From Fibrobacteria bacterium (GTDB lineage: Bacteria; Fibrobacterota; Chitinivibrionia; Chitinivibrionales; FEN-1185), in the NCBI GenBank assembly GCA_037447435.1, contig JBBIGR010000005.1, positions 102,995-166,994 on the forward strand: DNA of 64,000 nucleotides, written 5' to 3'. The translations under genes were made by a program, and so were the position numbers. Under the pieces are notes generated by a model. That model was not told the origin of the DNA. It worked only from the letters and a program-made list of their open reading frames with translations, and searched no databases. Shown in pieces: positions 1 to 10,218 of this stretch. Each line of letters opens with the position of its first letter. The first letter of the stretch is position 1.

Positions 1-425
1 ATCCGACGGGATTGCCAAATACCGACAAAATTCTATTAAGGAACCTTTCAAATTTCATTTACCGGAAAAATCATTCGAGTTCAATAAAAACGCCTGAAAC
101 CAATAAAAATCGAATTCCTGCGAAGTTCAAAACTATTTCCAGTTTTTTTTCGTCACCATTTATGCAAATTCAGGACAGCGCACTGTCCAATAAGAAAATA
201 GCTTCCTATAAGGAAGTACTCCGTTACCTTATTTGGGATTGGAAATCACCGTTGCATCGAGAATGGTATCCATACCTTTTTATGTTGGATAGTGACCTGA
301 CACTTTTGGGTAAAATTGGCTCAAAAGAAATATCCGAAACTTGGCTTAGAAAAAAATACTCCCCAGTCATTTCCAAAGTTTTATTAAACCAGATTTCATT
401 AGCAATAAGGGCACGCCGGACATGA
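1..425 (+). CDS. C-terminal part of a hypothetical protein (5' truncated by window edge)
   Basis: Frame is open from the window start to TGA at 423-425, which overlaps the next ATG (ATGA, 422-425), a typical translational-coupling arrangement. No recognisable domain. Confidence 0.55.
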   Translation, partial: PTGLPNTDKILLRNLSNFIYRKNHSSSIKTPETNKNRIPAKFKTISSFFSSPFMQIQDSALSNKKIASYKEVLRYLIWDWKSPLHREWYPYLFMLDSDLTLLGKIGSKEISETWLRKKYSPVISKVLLNQISLAIRARRT

Positions 426-1168
426 AGCAGGAATATGCCTGCCAGCAAATCGAGCTTGATTTATTGCCTCCTATAACCTTCGAGGTTTTACTCCAATCCC
501 GAAACATCGACAATGTCGGCGTAATCATAAGCAGCCGGCTTCGCCGAAGTTGGTATGGCAAGTGGGAAAGGTATTCCAATTCCCTGATTCTTACAGTGCC
601 TAAAATTGCCGAAAGTGCTCCAGGGGACGTTAAAAACGCTTTGGTAGACTGGGTCTTGCTTCTTGGCAACACACATCAAAACCGTCGGGAAAAGAAATTA
701 GAAAAGAAGAAATTAGAACAATTTATTTTTAGTTATTTCAAAGATACAGGTTTGGCGCAACCTCGTAAGTCACGGTTTAACCCAGCAACATTTGTCACAC
801 AAGGCCGGGTTTACGATTTACGAGAGGTGTTCAATCGTGTGAACAAAGAGTATTTTAAAGATGAAATTCAATCGTATGTCCGATGGGGTAAAAATCGATA
901 CCGTTCATATCAAATGTACCAGCATGATTGGCAAGGGAACCGCTTTAGTCTAATAACCATTGCATCCATATATAATAAGCGGTTTGTCCCGGATTATGCA
1001 ATTGATGGCATTATGTATCATGAAATGCTGCACATCGCAGTGCCACCGGTTAAACGTGGCTTCCGCAATATCATTCATGGTGCGGAATTTAAGAGCCGTG
1101 AACGTGATTTCCGTTTTTATCGGGAATGGACAACCTGGGAAAAGTCAACACATCATCGTTTCTTTTAA
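422..1168 (+). CDS. SprT-like/YgjP-like zinc metallopeptidase
   Basis: HEMLH zinc motif followed by 'IIHGAEFK' and an 'FNRVNKEYF' segment typical of SprT-like proteins. Confidence 0.75.
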   Translation: MKQEYACQQIELDLLPPITFEVLLQSRNIDNVGVIISSRLRRSWYGKWERYSNSLILTVPKIAESAPGDVKNALVDWVLLLGNTHQNRREKKLEKKKLEQFIFSYFKDTGLAQPRKSRFNPATFVTQGRVYDLREVFNRVNKEYFKDEIQSYVRWGKNRYRSYQMYQHDWQGNRFSLITIASIYNKRFVPDYAIDGIMYHEMLHIAVPPVKRGFRNIIHGAEFKSRERDFRFYREWTTWEKSTHHRFF

Positions 1169-1180
1169 AGGAATAGACAA

Positions 1181-2470
1181 ATGCAAACTCCATCCGGTCC
1201 CAAAGGAACAAGAGATTTTTATCCTGAAGATATGGCATTACGTGAAGCTGTATTTGCATCGTGGCAAAAAACATGTATGCGCTATGGGTTTGAACAGTAT
1301 GACGGTCCAATGTTCGAGCATCTCGAATTATACACACAAAAATCCGGTGACGAAATCGAAAAACAATTGTATTCATTTCAGGACAAAGGCCAACGCATGC
1401 TTGCGTTGAGGCCGGAACTTACCCCTACCCTCGCACGCATGGTTGCAGCAAAAGGAACAAATTTAAAACGTCCCATTCGATGGTATAGTATTCCCCGGCT
1501 TTTTCGATACGAAAAAATGCAAAAAGGTCGGCTTAGGGAATTTTTCCAATTAAACCTGGATATTCTTGGCATCGCGGAAGAATCTGCGGATGCGGAACTA
1601 ATTGCCGCCAGCATAGGAATGATGCAAGACCTTGGGTTCACTAAAAATGATTTTTGCGTACATATTTCCAGCAGAACTTTACTGGAAGAATTGTTCCTGG
1701 CCGCAGGGGTAAGCATTGAAAAATTAAAACCTCTCTTTGGCGTACTGGATAAAAGACATAAAATCCCTGTTGATATTTTTGAAGCAGAACTAACCGCAAT
1801 TGCAGCTCCAACGGCGAGTGCAAAATCGATATGCGATATGCTAAATGTCTCGTCATTGTCCGATCTGAAAAAAATCAGCGGACAACTGCCATCGATTAAC
1901 AAACTTGAATCGCTTTTCATTCTTCTCGATTTTTATGGCGTTTCCGATTTTGTCGCTTTTGACATTGGAATTGTCAGGGGGTTAGCATATTATACCGGCA
2001 TAGTATTTGAATTGTTTGATAAAAACAGAAATCTCAGGGCAATCGCCGGAGGTGGAAGATATGACAAACTGGTCAAGTTATACGGTGGGCCGGATACCCC
2101 GGCAGTCGGTTTTGCCGCCGGCGATGTGGTGCTTGGTGAAATGCTCAAGGAAAAACAGTTTTCAATATCACTATCCCGGTCTCACGTATTCGTTGTAACC
2201 TTTGACGGATCATCACCCTCTTTGGCGATTCAAATGACCCAAAAGCTTCGAAATGCCGGTATTGGATGCGAGTTCAGCCTTAAAAATTGCAATATAGGGA
2301 AACAAATGGAACAAGCCAACAATGCCCGAGCAAAAATTGTTGTTTTTGTTGGAGGCGACGAATCAAAATCGGGGAATGTAAAAATCCGTTTTATGGAAAA
2401 CGGGAATGAAACGGTAATTTCGGAAACCGAATCACTGGAATATATTAAAAAAGCTTTGCCACCTTTATAA
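1181..2470 (+). CDS. hisS: Histidine--tRNA ligase
   Basis: 'PKGTRDF', 'LRPELT', 'FRYEKMQKGRLREFFQ', 'RGLAYYTG', 'GGGRYD' and a C-terminal anticodon-binding domain. Confidence 0.98.
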   Translation: MQTPSGPKGTRDFYPEDMALREAVFASWQKTCMRYGFEQYDGPMFEHLELYTQKSGDEIEKQLYSFQDKGQRMLALRPELTPTLARMVAAKGTNLKRPIRWYSIPRLFRYEKMQKGRLREFFQLNLDILGIAEESADAELIAASIGMMQDLGFTKNDFCVHISSRTLLEELFLAAGVSIEKLKPLFGVLDKRHKIPVDIFEAELTAIAAPTASAKSICDMLNVSSLSDLKKISGQLPSINKLESLFILLDFYGVSDFVAFDIGIVRGLAYYTGIVFELFDKNRNLRAIAGGGRYDKLVKLYGGPDTPAVGFAAGDVVLGEMLKEKQFSISLSRSHVFVVTFDGSSPSLAIQMTQKLRNAGIGCEFSLKNCNIGKQMEQANNARAKIVVFVGGDESKSGNVKIRFMENGNETVISETESLEYIKKALPPL

Positions 2471-2884
2471 TCATACCGGGCTATTTTGCCGCATAGACTT
2501 AAAGGAGCTTTGCGTAACATACGAATAAGTAGCTCGAGAGTTATTATATATTTTTGAAAGTTGACCTTTTATTTCTGCCATGCGCCCTTCGATAAGAAAT
2601 GCGATTTTTTTATCCAGTTCATTGACCGATCGGAGCAATGCCCAGGATTCCTCGAACAACGGTTTTCCTTTTACATCTTTGTCGACTTGATTGACCCAAT
2701 GAGAATCCTTTTGCGTCAATTGACTTTCACTGTGTTTCATGTTCGCCACAAGGACATCGCGTTTTTTAAAAACAGCTGCAATATCTTCGAAAGACGGATT
2801 TTCACCAAGCGACTTAGTCAGGGATTCTATTTTCGACAATTCTTTTTTCGCAGCAGATAAATGTTTGCTAATGTCCATGATCAA
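2471..2884 (-). CDS. FliT-like flagellar chaperone (helical, ~137 aa)
   Basis: Lies directly after fliD-fliS; all-helical; 'KKRDVLV' and a C-terminal 'YS-Y' pattern are FliT-like. Confidence 0.55.
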   Translation of the reverse strand: MIMDISKHLSAAKKELSKIESLTKSLGENPSFEDIAAVFKKRDVLVANMKHSESQLTQKDSHWVNQVDKDVKGKPLFEESWALLRSVNELDKKIAFLIEGRMAEIKGQLSKIYNNSRATYSYVTQSSFKSMRQNSPV

Positions 2885-2905
2885 CCCTTTCGTTGTGTCC
2901 TACCC

Positions 2906-3331
2906 TTAACAAGTAATGGCGAAATTTTGCATTGCAGCTTCGGTTTTTGGTGCGGATTCCTTGCGGACATTTGCAACTGCCTGCCCCCACGCATCCCGCA
3001 AATCCTCCAAATATCCCAAAATTTCCTGGATTATGTTTTTGTCGCTTTTAATATTCGCTTCAATGCATCGACGAACCATATAATCATATAATCTGTATAA
3101 ATTTTTTGCAATATCACCGACATCAAGGTTCAATGAACTCATCAGTTCGCTAAGCGCATCCTGCACTTTGCACAAATGGCGCGTTCGCTCCTCTATTCTC
3201 TTCTTGTCATCGAAAATCGGAATACATAATTTGCAGTGTTTAATAGCAACATCATACGCTATTAAAATAAGTTTACCCTGATCGGCTGTACCAACATTGG
3301 TTGTCTTGTAAGCTGAATGCCCGGTATTCAT
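2906..3331 (-). CDS. fliS: Flagellin export chaperone FliS
   Basis: 'AYKTTNVGTADQGKLILIAYD', 'ELMSSLN', 'IAKNLYRLYDYM', 'LRDAW'. Confidence 0.95.
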   Translation of the reverse strand: MNTGHSAYKTTNVGTADQGKLILIAYDVAIKHCKLCIPIFDDKKRIEERTRHLCKVQDALSELMSSLNLDVGDIAKNLYRLYDYMVRRCIEANIKSDKNIIQEILGYLEDLRDAWGQAVANVRKESAPKTEAAMQNFAITC

Positions 3332-3355
3332 GTATGGTTCCTTTCTCTTTAGTGA

Positions 3356-5335
3356 TTACGACGATGACGAGCCAAGCGAACTCAGCATATTTGCGCTTTG
3401 GGTCTTCATAGCATTAAGCGTTTGTTCCATTTGAGAAAACTGGGTAGTTAAGCGCTGTTTATAGGCATCGACACTCCTTTGCATATCTGAAATTTTCGTG
3501 TCGGCATCACTCATCATAGACCGCAAAGAATCCTGATGCGTTTGAATACTGCCGCTGGTTGAATCATTAATAGAATCTATCAATCCATTTAGTAAATCAC
3601 CAAGCCCCTTTTGATAAGTAAATGATGCATCGCCGCCGCTTAATAATCCCGACGGAGAGGAAATGGAAAGGCCGTTGGCGGGACCGTCGGAAAAATGTAC
3701 GACGTCACCCATTCGTGCATCGGACGTATACCATGTCGAAGACCCCGATACTTGTATCTGCAGGAAATTTGCATCAAGTTCGTGTATCGTATATTTGCCG
3801 GATTTTGTTGTATCGGTGCTTCTGCCGTAGGCAAGGGTTTTATTATCGGAAACGCCGTTTGTCACAAAGATCTTCAGGAATTCGTCAAAATTATTTGTAA
3901 CCGCTTTTGAAAATGCCGTGCTATCAATTGACATTGTACCTGTTTGGGCATCCGACGTAATTCCTAAATTGGAAAGGCTTGTCGTATTTCCGCCAAACAA
4001 GTTAAATTGGGTGTGTAATGTATTTCGGACTTGATCCGCGATTGACGTGATCGTCATATCCGAAGCCAAATCTCCGGCCTTTGAGGACGAATTACTGGGA
4101 TCTTTGGGTGCTGTTGCGTCGGTAACATATTTTAAAAAAGCATTATAGCTGTCGAGCATATCCTGAACTTTTTTCTGAATACTTGTTACATCACGCGACA
4201 ATCCGACGGTAGTTGAGGATGTTGTGGAAGCTTTTTTAAATTGAAAGGTGACGCCGGTAACCACATCGTCCGGGCTATTTGATGCGGAATTCATAAACAA
4301 TCCATCGATATTGAAATATGAATTACTGCCTGCGGTCATAACACCTGCGCCATTAATACCCGATTGTGAAATAGTCACGGTTTGCGGAGCTGCGCCGGCA
4401 TTTAAAGTGTTCAGCATTAATTGAGAAGCGCCGGTTACGTTGTCCTTTATAACAAGCTGCCCCGGTGTCGTTGTCGAATCAATTGAGACGTCGACCATAT
4501 TATGGAAAGTTGATTTAACTTGTGCAAGGAAATCATCTATGGTAGACGTCGCTGAGGTTTTAACATACGTATTGGTCACCTGATTTCCATCGTGATCAAT
4601 GCCGGAATAATTAATTGTTGCTCCTGCAGCAAGCCCGTCAAAAGCGCTCTGAAAATTACCTTGTGTCGCAATAGTTTGATTTGTCGAACCTTTATCTCCA
4701 GCGGCATCCGTGATTATTCCCATTGTCTGAAAAACATTTCCCGTCAGGTCCTTATACGCCACTCCTTTATCTCCCGTATCATTAGACGATAGAACCAGTC
4801 GGAAATTAGAATCCGACAATTTTAAAACAGATGCCGTGACCCCAAGCTTATTGCCATTGGAATCAGTAGCATTATTAATTTTCATTCGGAGATCCTGAAT
4901 CGTATCGGTGCCGGTAATGGAAATTGTGGTTCCGTTAATACTGATGTCGCCGGGTGTTACGCCAAAAGTAGACAATGCCGCGGTTTGACTCGTCACCAGG
5001 CTGTCTTTACTGATCATTTTTTCTGCTTTAGCAAGATGGTCAACCGTTAAATCATAGCTGCTTTCAATCGCATTCGCCCCACCCGTGATAGTGGCAATCG
5101 TATCGTCGGAACTGGTTGCATTAAACAAATCAAAGGAAGTTTCCTGATTTAATGTAGTTGCCTTGGCGGCGATATCGGATAATAACGACTTAACTTTTGA
5201 ATAGTCGTCTATCTGGACTTGATAAGTAGCCTTGGTATTTTGTACTTTGGTTACCTTATTCTGTTCAAGAGCAACAAGCTGGTCTATAAGACTTGCGGTA
5301 TCGATTCCAGATGGCCCATTAACCGTAATACCCAT
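3356..5335 (-). CDS. fliD: Flagellar filament cap protein FliD
   Basis: N-terminal 'SGIDTASLIDQLVALE', C-terminal 'RLTTQFSQMEQTLNAMKTQ'; upstream of fliS; AAGGA RBS. Confidence 0.95.
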   Translation of the reverse strand: MGITVNGPSGIDTASLIDQLVALEQNKVTKVQNTKATYQVQIDDYSKVKSLLSDIAAKATTLNQETSFDLFNATSSDDTIATITGGANAIESSYDLTVDHLAKAEKMISKDSLVTSQTAALSTFGVTPGDISINGTTISITGTDTIQDLRMKINNATDSNGNKLGVTASVLKLSDSNFRLVLSSNDTGDKGVAYKDLTGNVFQTMGIITDAAGDKGSTNQTIATQGNFQSAFDGLAAGATINYSGIDHDGNQVTNTYVKTSATSTIDDFLAQVKSTFHNMVDVSIDSTTTPGQLVIKDNVTGASQLMLNTLNAGAAPQTVTISQSGINGAGVMTAGSNSYFNIDGLFMNSASNSPDDVVTGVTFQFKKASTTSSTTVGLSRDVTSIQKKVQDMLDSYNAFLKYVTDATAPKDPSNSSSKAGDLASDMTITSIADQVRNTLHTQFNLFGGNTTSLSNLGITSDAQTGTMSIDSTAFSKAVTNNFDEFLKIFVTNGVSDNKTLAYGRSTDTTKSGKYTIHELDANFLQIQVSGSSTWYTSDARMGDVVHFSDGPANGLSISSPSGLLSGGDASFTYQKGLGDLLNGLIDSINDSTSGSIQTHQDSLRSMMSDADTKISDMQRSVDAYKQRLTTQFSQMEQTLNAMKTQSANMLSSLGSSSS

Positions 5336-5383
5336 AAATTCGTCCTTTTAAAAAGAAACAAGTCTGTTTTGCTTTATTATTAT

Positions 5384-5411
5384 ATATCGGTATATTATTC
5401 ATCAAACTTGA
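5384..5411 (-). promoter_or_regulatory. Sigma28 (FliA)-type promoter of fliD
   Basis: Minus strand TCAA-N16-ACCGATAT, about 50 nt upstream of the fliD start. Confidence 0.65.
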
Positions 5412-5563
5412 TTCATAATGCAAATTGCAACATTATATTATTCAATAGCTTATAGAACGCCGCTCATTTAATTATTTTCATTGCGGTGTTTTTTTCTTTT
5501 TCATGCGTTCCTTGAAAAATGCACAAACTTGATTTAAAAAAAGGGATCACATATCTTAAAACC

Positions 5564-6451
5564 ATGACAGACAGAAAACTCGGATACATCATACTTTGTT
5601 TCGTTTTTATTGTCGTTTGCGTTATTCTGGTGTTGGGATACGGGTCCATTTCTCAGAAGAACCATATCAGGACAATCGCATTTCAGCAAATTGGCAATCT
5701 GCGTATAGATGATCAGGTCCGACTCAAAGGAATTTCAGTTGGAATCGTGAAAAACATATGTTTGTCAAAAGATAATGTTTTCGTCGATATTCAGACCACA
5801 GCGCAACTTGATTTTCATCAAGGTTATAATGTCATGACAATGGACGCGGGAATTATGGGCGACCGGATGATCATGATCGACAACGGCCCGCAACAGTCAC
5901 CCCTCATCAATCCGACCGATACCTTGAAAGGCTTTTTTACACCGGGTGTTTCCGAAGCCGTCGGCTCAATGAGTTTACTTCGCGACGTCATTGATACACT
6001 TAAAGAAATCAGCGAACGGCTTTTGCATGGAAACATCAGAAGCAAATCACTTATATATCAAGTAAACACTTTGGTCCGCAGCATCGATTCTCTTTCAAAA
6101 AAATCGTCGAGTATCGCCATGGTATTAAACCGGGAAGTGACCTGCAGCGTAGACACTCTTGATAAAATAGTCGACCATACCGCAATGATTTCGAAATCGA
6201 TCGCGGTCACCGCACCCGAGTATCTTGATATGGTTGAAGCTAAAATCACCCAAGCAAAGACATTGCTCACTTCTGCAGATTCCGTCATCGATCGTGTGTC
6301 GGTACTTACTGCCGGGCTACAAAAGGAAAACAACATCATATGGGGAAATGAACTATCAAATTTGCAATCCACCATTAATACTTTGCATACGACAATTGCA
6401 ACGATTCATCGCGATATGTTACAGTTTAAAATTTTCCTCGGTTTGTGGTAA
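5564..6451 (+). CDS. MlaD/MCE-domain protein
   Basis: N-terminal TM helix, 'GNLRIDDQVRLKGISVGIV' and 'GIMGDRMI' MCE motifs, C-terminal helical region; ATG at 5564 preferred. Confidence 0.85.
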   Translation: MTDRKLGYIILCFVFIVVCVILVLGYGSISQKNHIRTIAFQQIGNLRIDDQVRLKGISVGIVKNICLSKDNVFVDIQTTAQLDFHQGYNVMTMDAGIMGDRMIMIDNGPQQSPLINPTDTLKGFFTPGVSEAVGSMSLLRDVIDTLKEISERLLHGNIRSKSLIYQVNTLVRSIDSLSKKSSSIAMVLNREVTCSVDTLDKIVDHTAMISKSIAVTAPEYLDMVEAKITQAKTLLTSADSVIDRVSVLTAGLQKENNIIWGNELSNLQSTINTLHTTIATIHRDMLQFKIFLGLW

Positions 6452-7422
6452 TGGGTTCGTCCAAACCATTCAGTAGCATATTTTTTTTAATTTTGTCTGC
6501 CGTTACGATTAATGGAACGCCAGCCTCTTTATTTTATTTGTATCAGAGAACAACCTATTTGGAAAACCTGTTGCAAAATGACGGGTGGTGGGCCAACCCT
6601 GCGTTGACAGGAGAAATTACTGAAAAATCCGCTTCAACGGTTGATGTAACTCCTCTTGCCGACCAGTTTACCATTGTTTCCGCAAAATACAGTTTCCCTA
6701 TAGGTAAATCCGTGGGAGCGGGATTCGGAATAATGGGAAATACGGGATTAAGTTCGCAAAATTCCCAGCGAGCAGATGTCACAAACGAAGGTCTCACCTT
6801 CAACAGCCATTACAGTTTTACAAATCCCGGGTTCCAATGTGCAGTAGGAATTAAAAATAATGTTTTAGGAAGTATAGGACTTTTGGTAAATATCGGTGCG
6901 GAAATGTTACCGGATGGAAATGGTACCGAGTCAAATTTCCTTCTCGCAGGAACGGGAATCGGGATTTTGACTCCTTATTTTTTTAAAACAGTCTCATTAT
7001 CCGCTACCACTTTTTCGACTTGGCATTTTTGGGGAGAATATGTTTACATGGATAATGATGGAAAACTGGGCTTGCGGTTTAAAATCCTCGATGATTTCAT
7101 TTTAGGCTCTTTAGAACGGACGTTTTCTTACAAGTCAAATACGATGCGATCCTTTTACACGACGATTTCTCCCTACCAAGTTTTTAAAGGTTTGCTTTCA
7201 TTTCGGTTTTACAAAATTGCAGGATTCCTGGTAGGATATGGAACCGATAATGGCGATGAATATTCGCCGCATCTGGGAAATACCTTGCATATCGGATTAG
7301 AACTTCGCCCATCTTCTTTTTATCCCTATTATGGAGGATATGAACTGGGTATCAGTACTACGGTTTCAAATACGGTCATTCACCGGGTTTGGGTCGGGTA
7401 CAAATTTATTAATAAAAATTAG
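6451..7422 (+). CDS. Putative outer-membrane beta-barrel (PorV/FadL-like NPA motif)
   Basis: Signal-like N-terminus, 'WWANPAL', alternating amphipathic strands, C-terminal 'HRVWVGYKF'; ATG overlaps the MCE stop (TAATG). Confidence 0.55.
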   Translation: MGSSKPFSSIFFLILSAVTINGTPASLFYLYQRTTYLENLLQNDGWWANPALTGEITEKSASTVDVTPLADQFTIVSAKYSFPIGKSVGAGFGIMGNTGLSSQNSQRADVTNEGLTFNSHYSFTNPGFQCAVGIKNNVLGSIGLLVNIGAEMLPDGNGTESNFLLAGTGIGILTPYFFKTVSLSATTFSTWHFWGEYVYMDNDGKLGLRFKILDDFILGSLERTFSYKSNTMRSFYTTISPYQVFKGLLSFRFYKIAGFLVGYGTDNGDEYSPHLGNTLHIGLELRPSSFYPYYGGYELGISTTVSNTVIHRVWVGYKFINKN

Positions 7423-7430
7423 TAGCTTTA

Positions 7431-8168
7431 TTACGACAAATTATTTTGCGATTCCTGCGTATTTTGTTGTTGATCCATATTAATTCCCTGCTGTTTTGCA
7501 CAATCATCTAATTTTTTCAATGCAAGGTCATGAGTATTTCCCACAAGTTTTGTAACGGCGTCAGGTAAATCGCCGGTTATGTCCTTGGCCATTGAAAATC
7601 CTTTCTCAATAGCATCTTTCATCATTGATACAAAATCACCGCCGCTTCCTTGAAACATGCCGAAAAACGATGTCGCAAAATCAACTATTCTTTGCGAGGT
7701 ATTGTCGGCATTCCAATAATCCGGCAATCCTTGAATATCACTATTTTCTGTACTTATTGCGGTGGTGTTTTCACCAGTCGAAATCCCTTTGTCCTTTAAA
7801 AATCCTTTCATTATTTCATTTTTCATATCCGAATATTGGTTTTTTAAGTAATCAACGAGTTTTTGCCAGTCCTCCTTCGATTTAATTCCGTTTGCCGAAA
7901 TGCTTGTTTTTTGGTATTGTAAACTTGCAGTCGAAAGCGTAACGGAATCACCATCCTGGTTTTGAAACTGCATTGTCGATTGGGTACTTGAAATAAGTCG
8001 GGATTCTACAGAAAAATTTATAATCGAAGAATTTGTATTTGATTGTGGTAAAAATTGCTCGGATGATTTTGATGAATAGCCGTTTATTTGATTGCTGCTC
8101 GAATTCATTGTTTGGGGAAATAACTGATTTGAATTAAGTATTGCGGCATTAATCGATTGAACACCCAT
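7431..8168 (-). CDS. DUF5610-like hypothetical protein
   Basis: C-terminal 'YWNADNTSQRIVDFA ... DAIEKGFSMAKDITGDL'; low-complexity S/Q/N N-terminus; AAGGAGG RBS. Confidence 0.7.
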   Translation of the reverse strand: MGVQSINAAILNSNQLFPQTMNSSSNQINGYSSKSSEQFLPQSNTNSSIINFSVESRLISSTQSTMQFQNQDGDSVTLSTASLQYQKTSISANGIKSKEDWQKLVDYLKNQYSDMKNEIMKGFLKDKGISTGENTTAISTENSDIQGLPDYWNADNTSQRIVDFATSFFGMFQGSGGDFVSMMKDAIEKGFSMAKDITGDLPDAVTKLVGNTHDLALKKLDDCAKQQGINMDQQQNTQESQNNLS

Positions 8169-8209
8169 TATATCCTCCTTGAAAATTTTAGCTAAATCCT
8201 TATATGATT

Positions 8210-8237
8210 TTTTCGGTAAACCAAACTAAAACCTTTA
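8210..8237 (-). promoter_or_regulatory. Sigma28-type promoter of the DUF5610-like gene
   Basis: Minus strand TAAA-N16-ACCGAAAA, about 42 nt upstream of the ATG at 8168. Confidence 0.6.
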
Positions 8238-8565
8238 GGTTTTTCTTTAAGTTTTAAATTAAGGACAAAAAGTATATCAAAACCCATTATTTTTTTCAGC
8301 CGACACCGGCATACCCGCCGGAATTACGAGATATTGTCAAAAGGGCAATAAATCGGAGTGCATTTCGAGCACGCTTTATATGCCAAACATTATACAATGT
8401 CCAGAGCAGCAAGACTGATTCCTTTCATTTTTTTCGCCACGATCATTTACCATTTGTATATGATGTTTTTCCGGATCCGTATTACAGAAAGCGGCTCGGA
8501 ACATACATATTTGTAAACATTTTCAGCCTTCCGTTACCGTCCATAAAAAAATCATAAAAAAACCT

Positions 8566-8593
8566 TTGACAACATTGCTTTTCAAATTATATT
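8566..8593 (+). promoter_or_regulatory. Sigma70-type promoter of dnaA
   Basis: TTGACA (8566-8571), 16-nt spacer, TATATT (8588-8593). Confidence 0.65.
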
Positions 8594-8620
8594 CTTTAGG
8601 CAACAAAAATATTCTTTACA

Positions 8621-8833
8621 TGTGGATAACTTACTGTTGATAACTGGTTGAGAGAGTGTTGATAAGTAGTTGAAAACATATGCCCTATGATCGCTACTTT
8701 TTCCAAGCAAAACACACAACAGTCTGATTTATAACAAATTGGACAATTCAACCTTACAGTAATCCACACGAATTGAATTCCGACATCTCCACAAACATCA
8801 TTGATGTATCGAAAAAAAGAGGAATGTTGATAA
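8621..8833. promoter_or_regulatory. DnaA-box cluster (dnaA autoregulation / candidate oriC)
   Basis: TGTGGATAA 8621-8629 (perfect), TGTTGATAA at 8635, 8657 and 8825, TAATCCACA at 8760. Confidence 0.8.
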
Positions 8834-8834
8834 C

Positions 8835-10217
8835 ATGTTAATGAACGAGCTATCTCCTATTTATACAACAGCTTCCCCTTGGCAATTATGCCTTTTAAAA
8901 ATCCAAAAAAAAATTAGCCCCTCAACATTTGAAACATGGTTCCGGACCACGGATTTATCGTTGTCGAAAGAAGGACATGCATTTATTCAGGTTCCCAACC
9001 AATTCTTTGCCGATTTTATGGAACAGCATTTTTCGGAAATTATTAAGGAATCGCTTTCGGAAAATCAAATTCCATTTAAAAGCATGACTTTTATAGCAAC
9101 GGAAAAAGATTGGAAAATAATTGAGCCTATATCCGAATCTATCGTTGAGGCAAAAACCCGGAAAATCCCCCAATCTGTTGATAAAAACGGCCTTTTTCAC
9201 CCGAATTATACATTCGACAATTTTGTAGTAGGTGAAAATAACCGTATGGCCCATGCTGCAGCACTTGCTGTTGCAGAGGCTCCCGGAAAAACCACATTTA
9301 ATCCATTGGTTATTTACGGAGGAACAGGACTGGGAAAAACACATTTATTGCAAGCAATAGGCCATTTTGCGCAAACTGAAGAGACTGCGGATCATGTTGT
9401 TTATATGACAAGCGAAGAATTCACGGTCCAGTATATTAATTATGTTGTTGAGAAAAAGGACTCAACCTCCTTTTATAAAAAATTCAATAACGTCGATTTA
9501 CTTCTTATTGACGACATTCAATTTCTTGGCGGAAAACCAGGCACGCAAAAAGAATTTTTCAGGATATTTAATCGGCTTTTATCGGAAAAGAAACAAATTA
9601 TTCTATCCTCCGATCGTTCCCCAGATAAAATTCCGGATATGATGGAACATATAATAAACAGATTTATGGGTGGGCTTATCACGGATATCCAACCTCCAAA
9701 TCTGGAAACAAGGATGGCAATTTTGCATCAAAAGGCTGAAATCGACGGTCTAAGCCTGCCGGACGAAGTCATTCAATACGTTGCCGGCCATATTACGTCT
9801 AATGTTAGGGAATTGGAAGGAACGCTGATCAAACTGATAGCGTCATCATCATTCACCGGAAAAGATATTTCACTTGAAGTTGCAAAAGAAATTTGCGGCG
9901 ACGTAATCTCTCGAAAAGACCAGCGCGTTTCAGTATTATTTATTCAGCAAAAAGTGGCGGAAGTATTTGAAATCAGTCCTAACCAACTGACTGCGCATAC
10001 GCGCAAAAGGGATGTTTCGGTTCCGCGGTCCGTAGCCATGCATTTATGTAAAAAATGGACCAAACAATCCCTACGAACTATAGGTCTTGAATTTGGCGGC
10101 CGAGATTATTCGACCGTTATTCATGCCTCAAAGAAAATTGAAGCCGACGTCATCACGGATCAAGATTTGCAAAAGAAAATAAGCCAGATCGAAGACCTTA
10201 TCCGACCCCTGGTATAA
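8835..10217 (+). CDS. dnaA: Chromosomal replication initiator DnaA
   Basis: Domain I 'FETWF', 'YTFDNFVVG', Walker A 'GGTGLGKTHL', 'LLIDDIQF', 'NVRELEG', domain IV 'FGGRDYSTVIHA'. Confidence 0.98.
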   Translation: MLMNELSPIYTTASPWQLCLLKIQKKISPSTFETWFRTTDLSLSKEGHAFIQVPNQFFADFMEQHFSEIIKESLSENQIPFKSMTFIATEKDWKIIEPISESIVEAKTRKIPQSVDKNGLFHPNYTFDNFVVGENNRMAHAAALAVAEAPGKTTFNPLVIYGGTGLGKTHLLQAIGHFAQTEETADHVVYMTSEEFTVQYINYVVEKKDSTSFYKKFNNVDLLLIDDIQFLGGKPGTQKEFFRIFNRLLSEKKQIILSSDRSPDKIPDMMEHIINRFMGGLITDIQPPNLETRMAILHQKAEIDGLSLPDEVIQYVAGHITSNVRELEGTLIKLIASSSFTGKDISLEVAKEICGDVISRKDQRVSVLFIQQKVAEVFEISPNQLTAHTRKRDVSVPRSVAMHLCKKWTKQSLRTIGLEFGGRDYSTVIHASKKIEADVITDQDLQKKISQIEDLIRPLV

Positions 10218-10218
10218 T

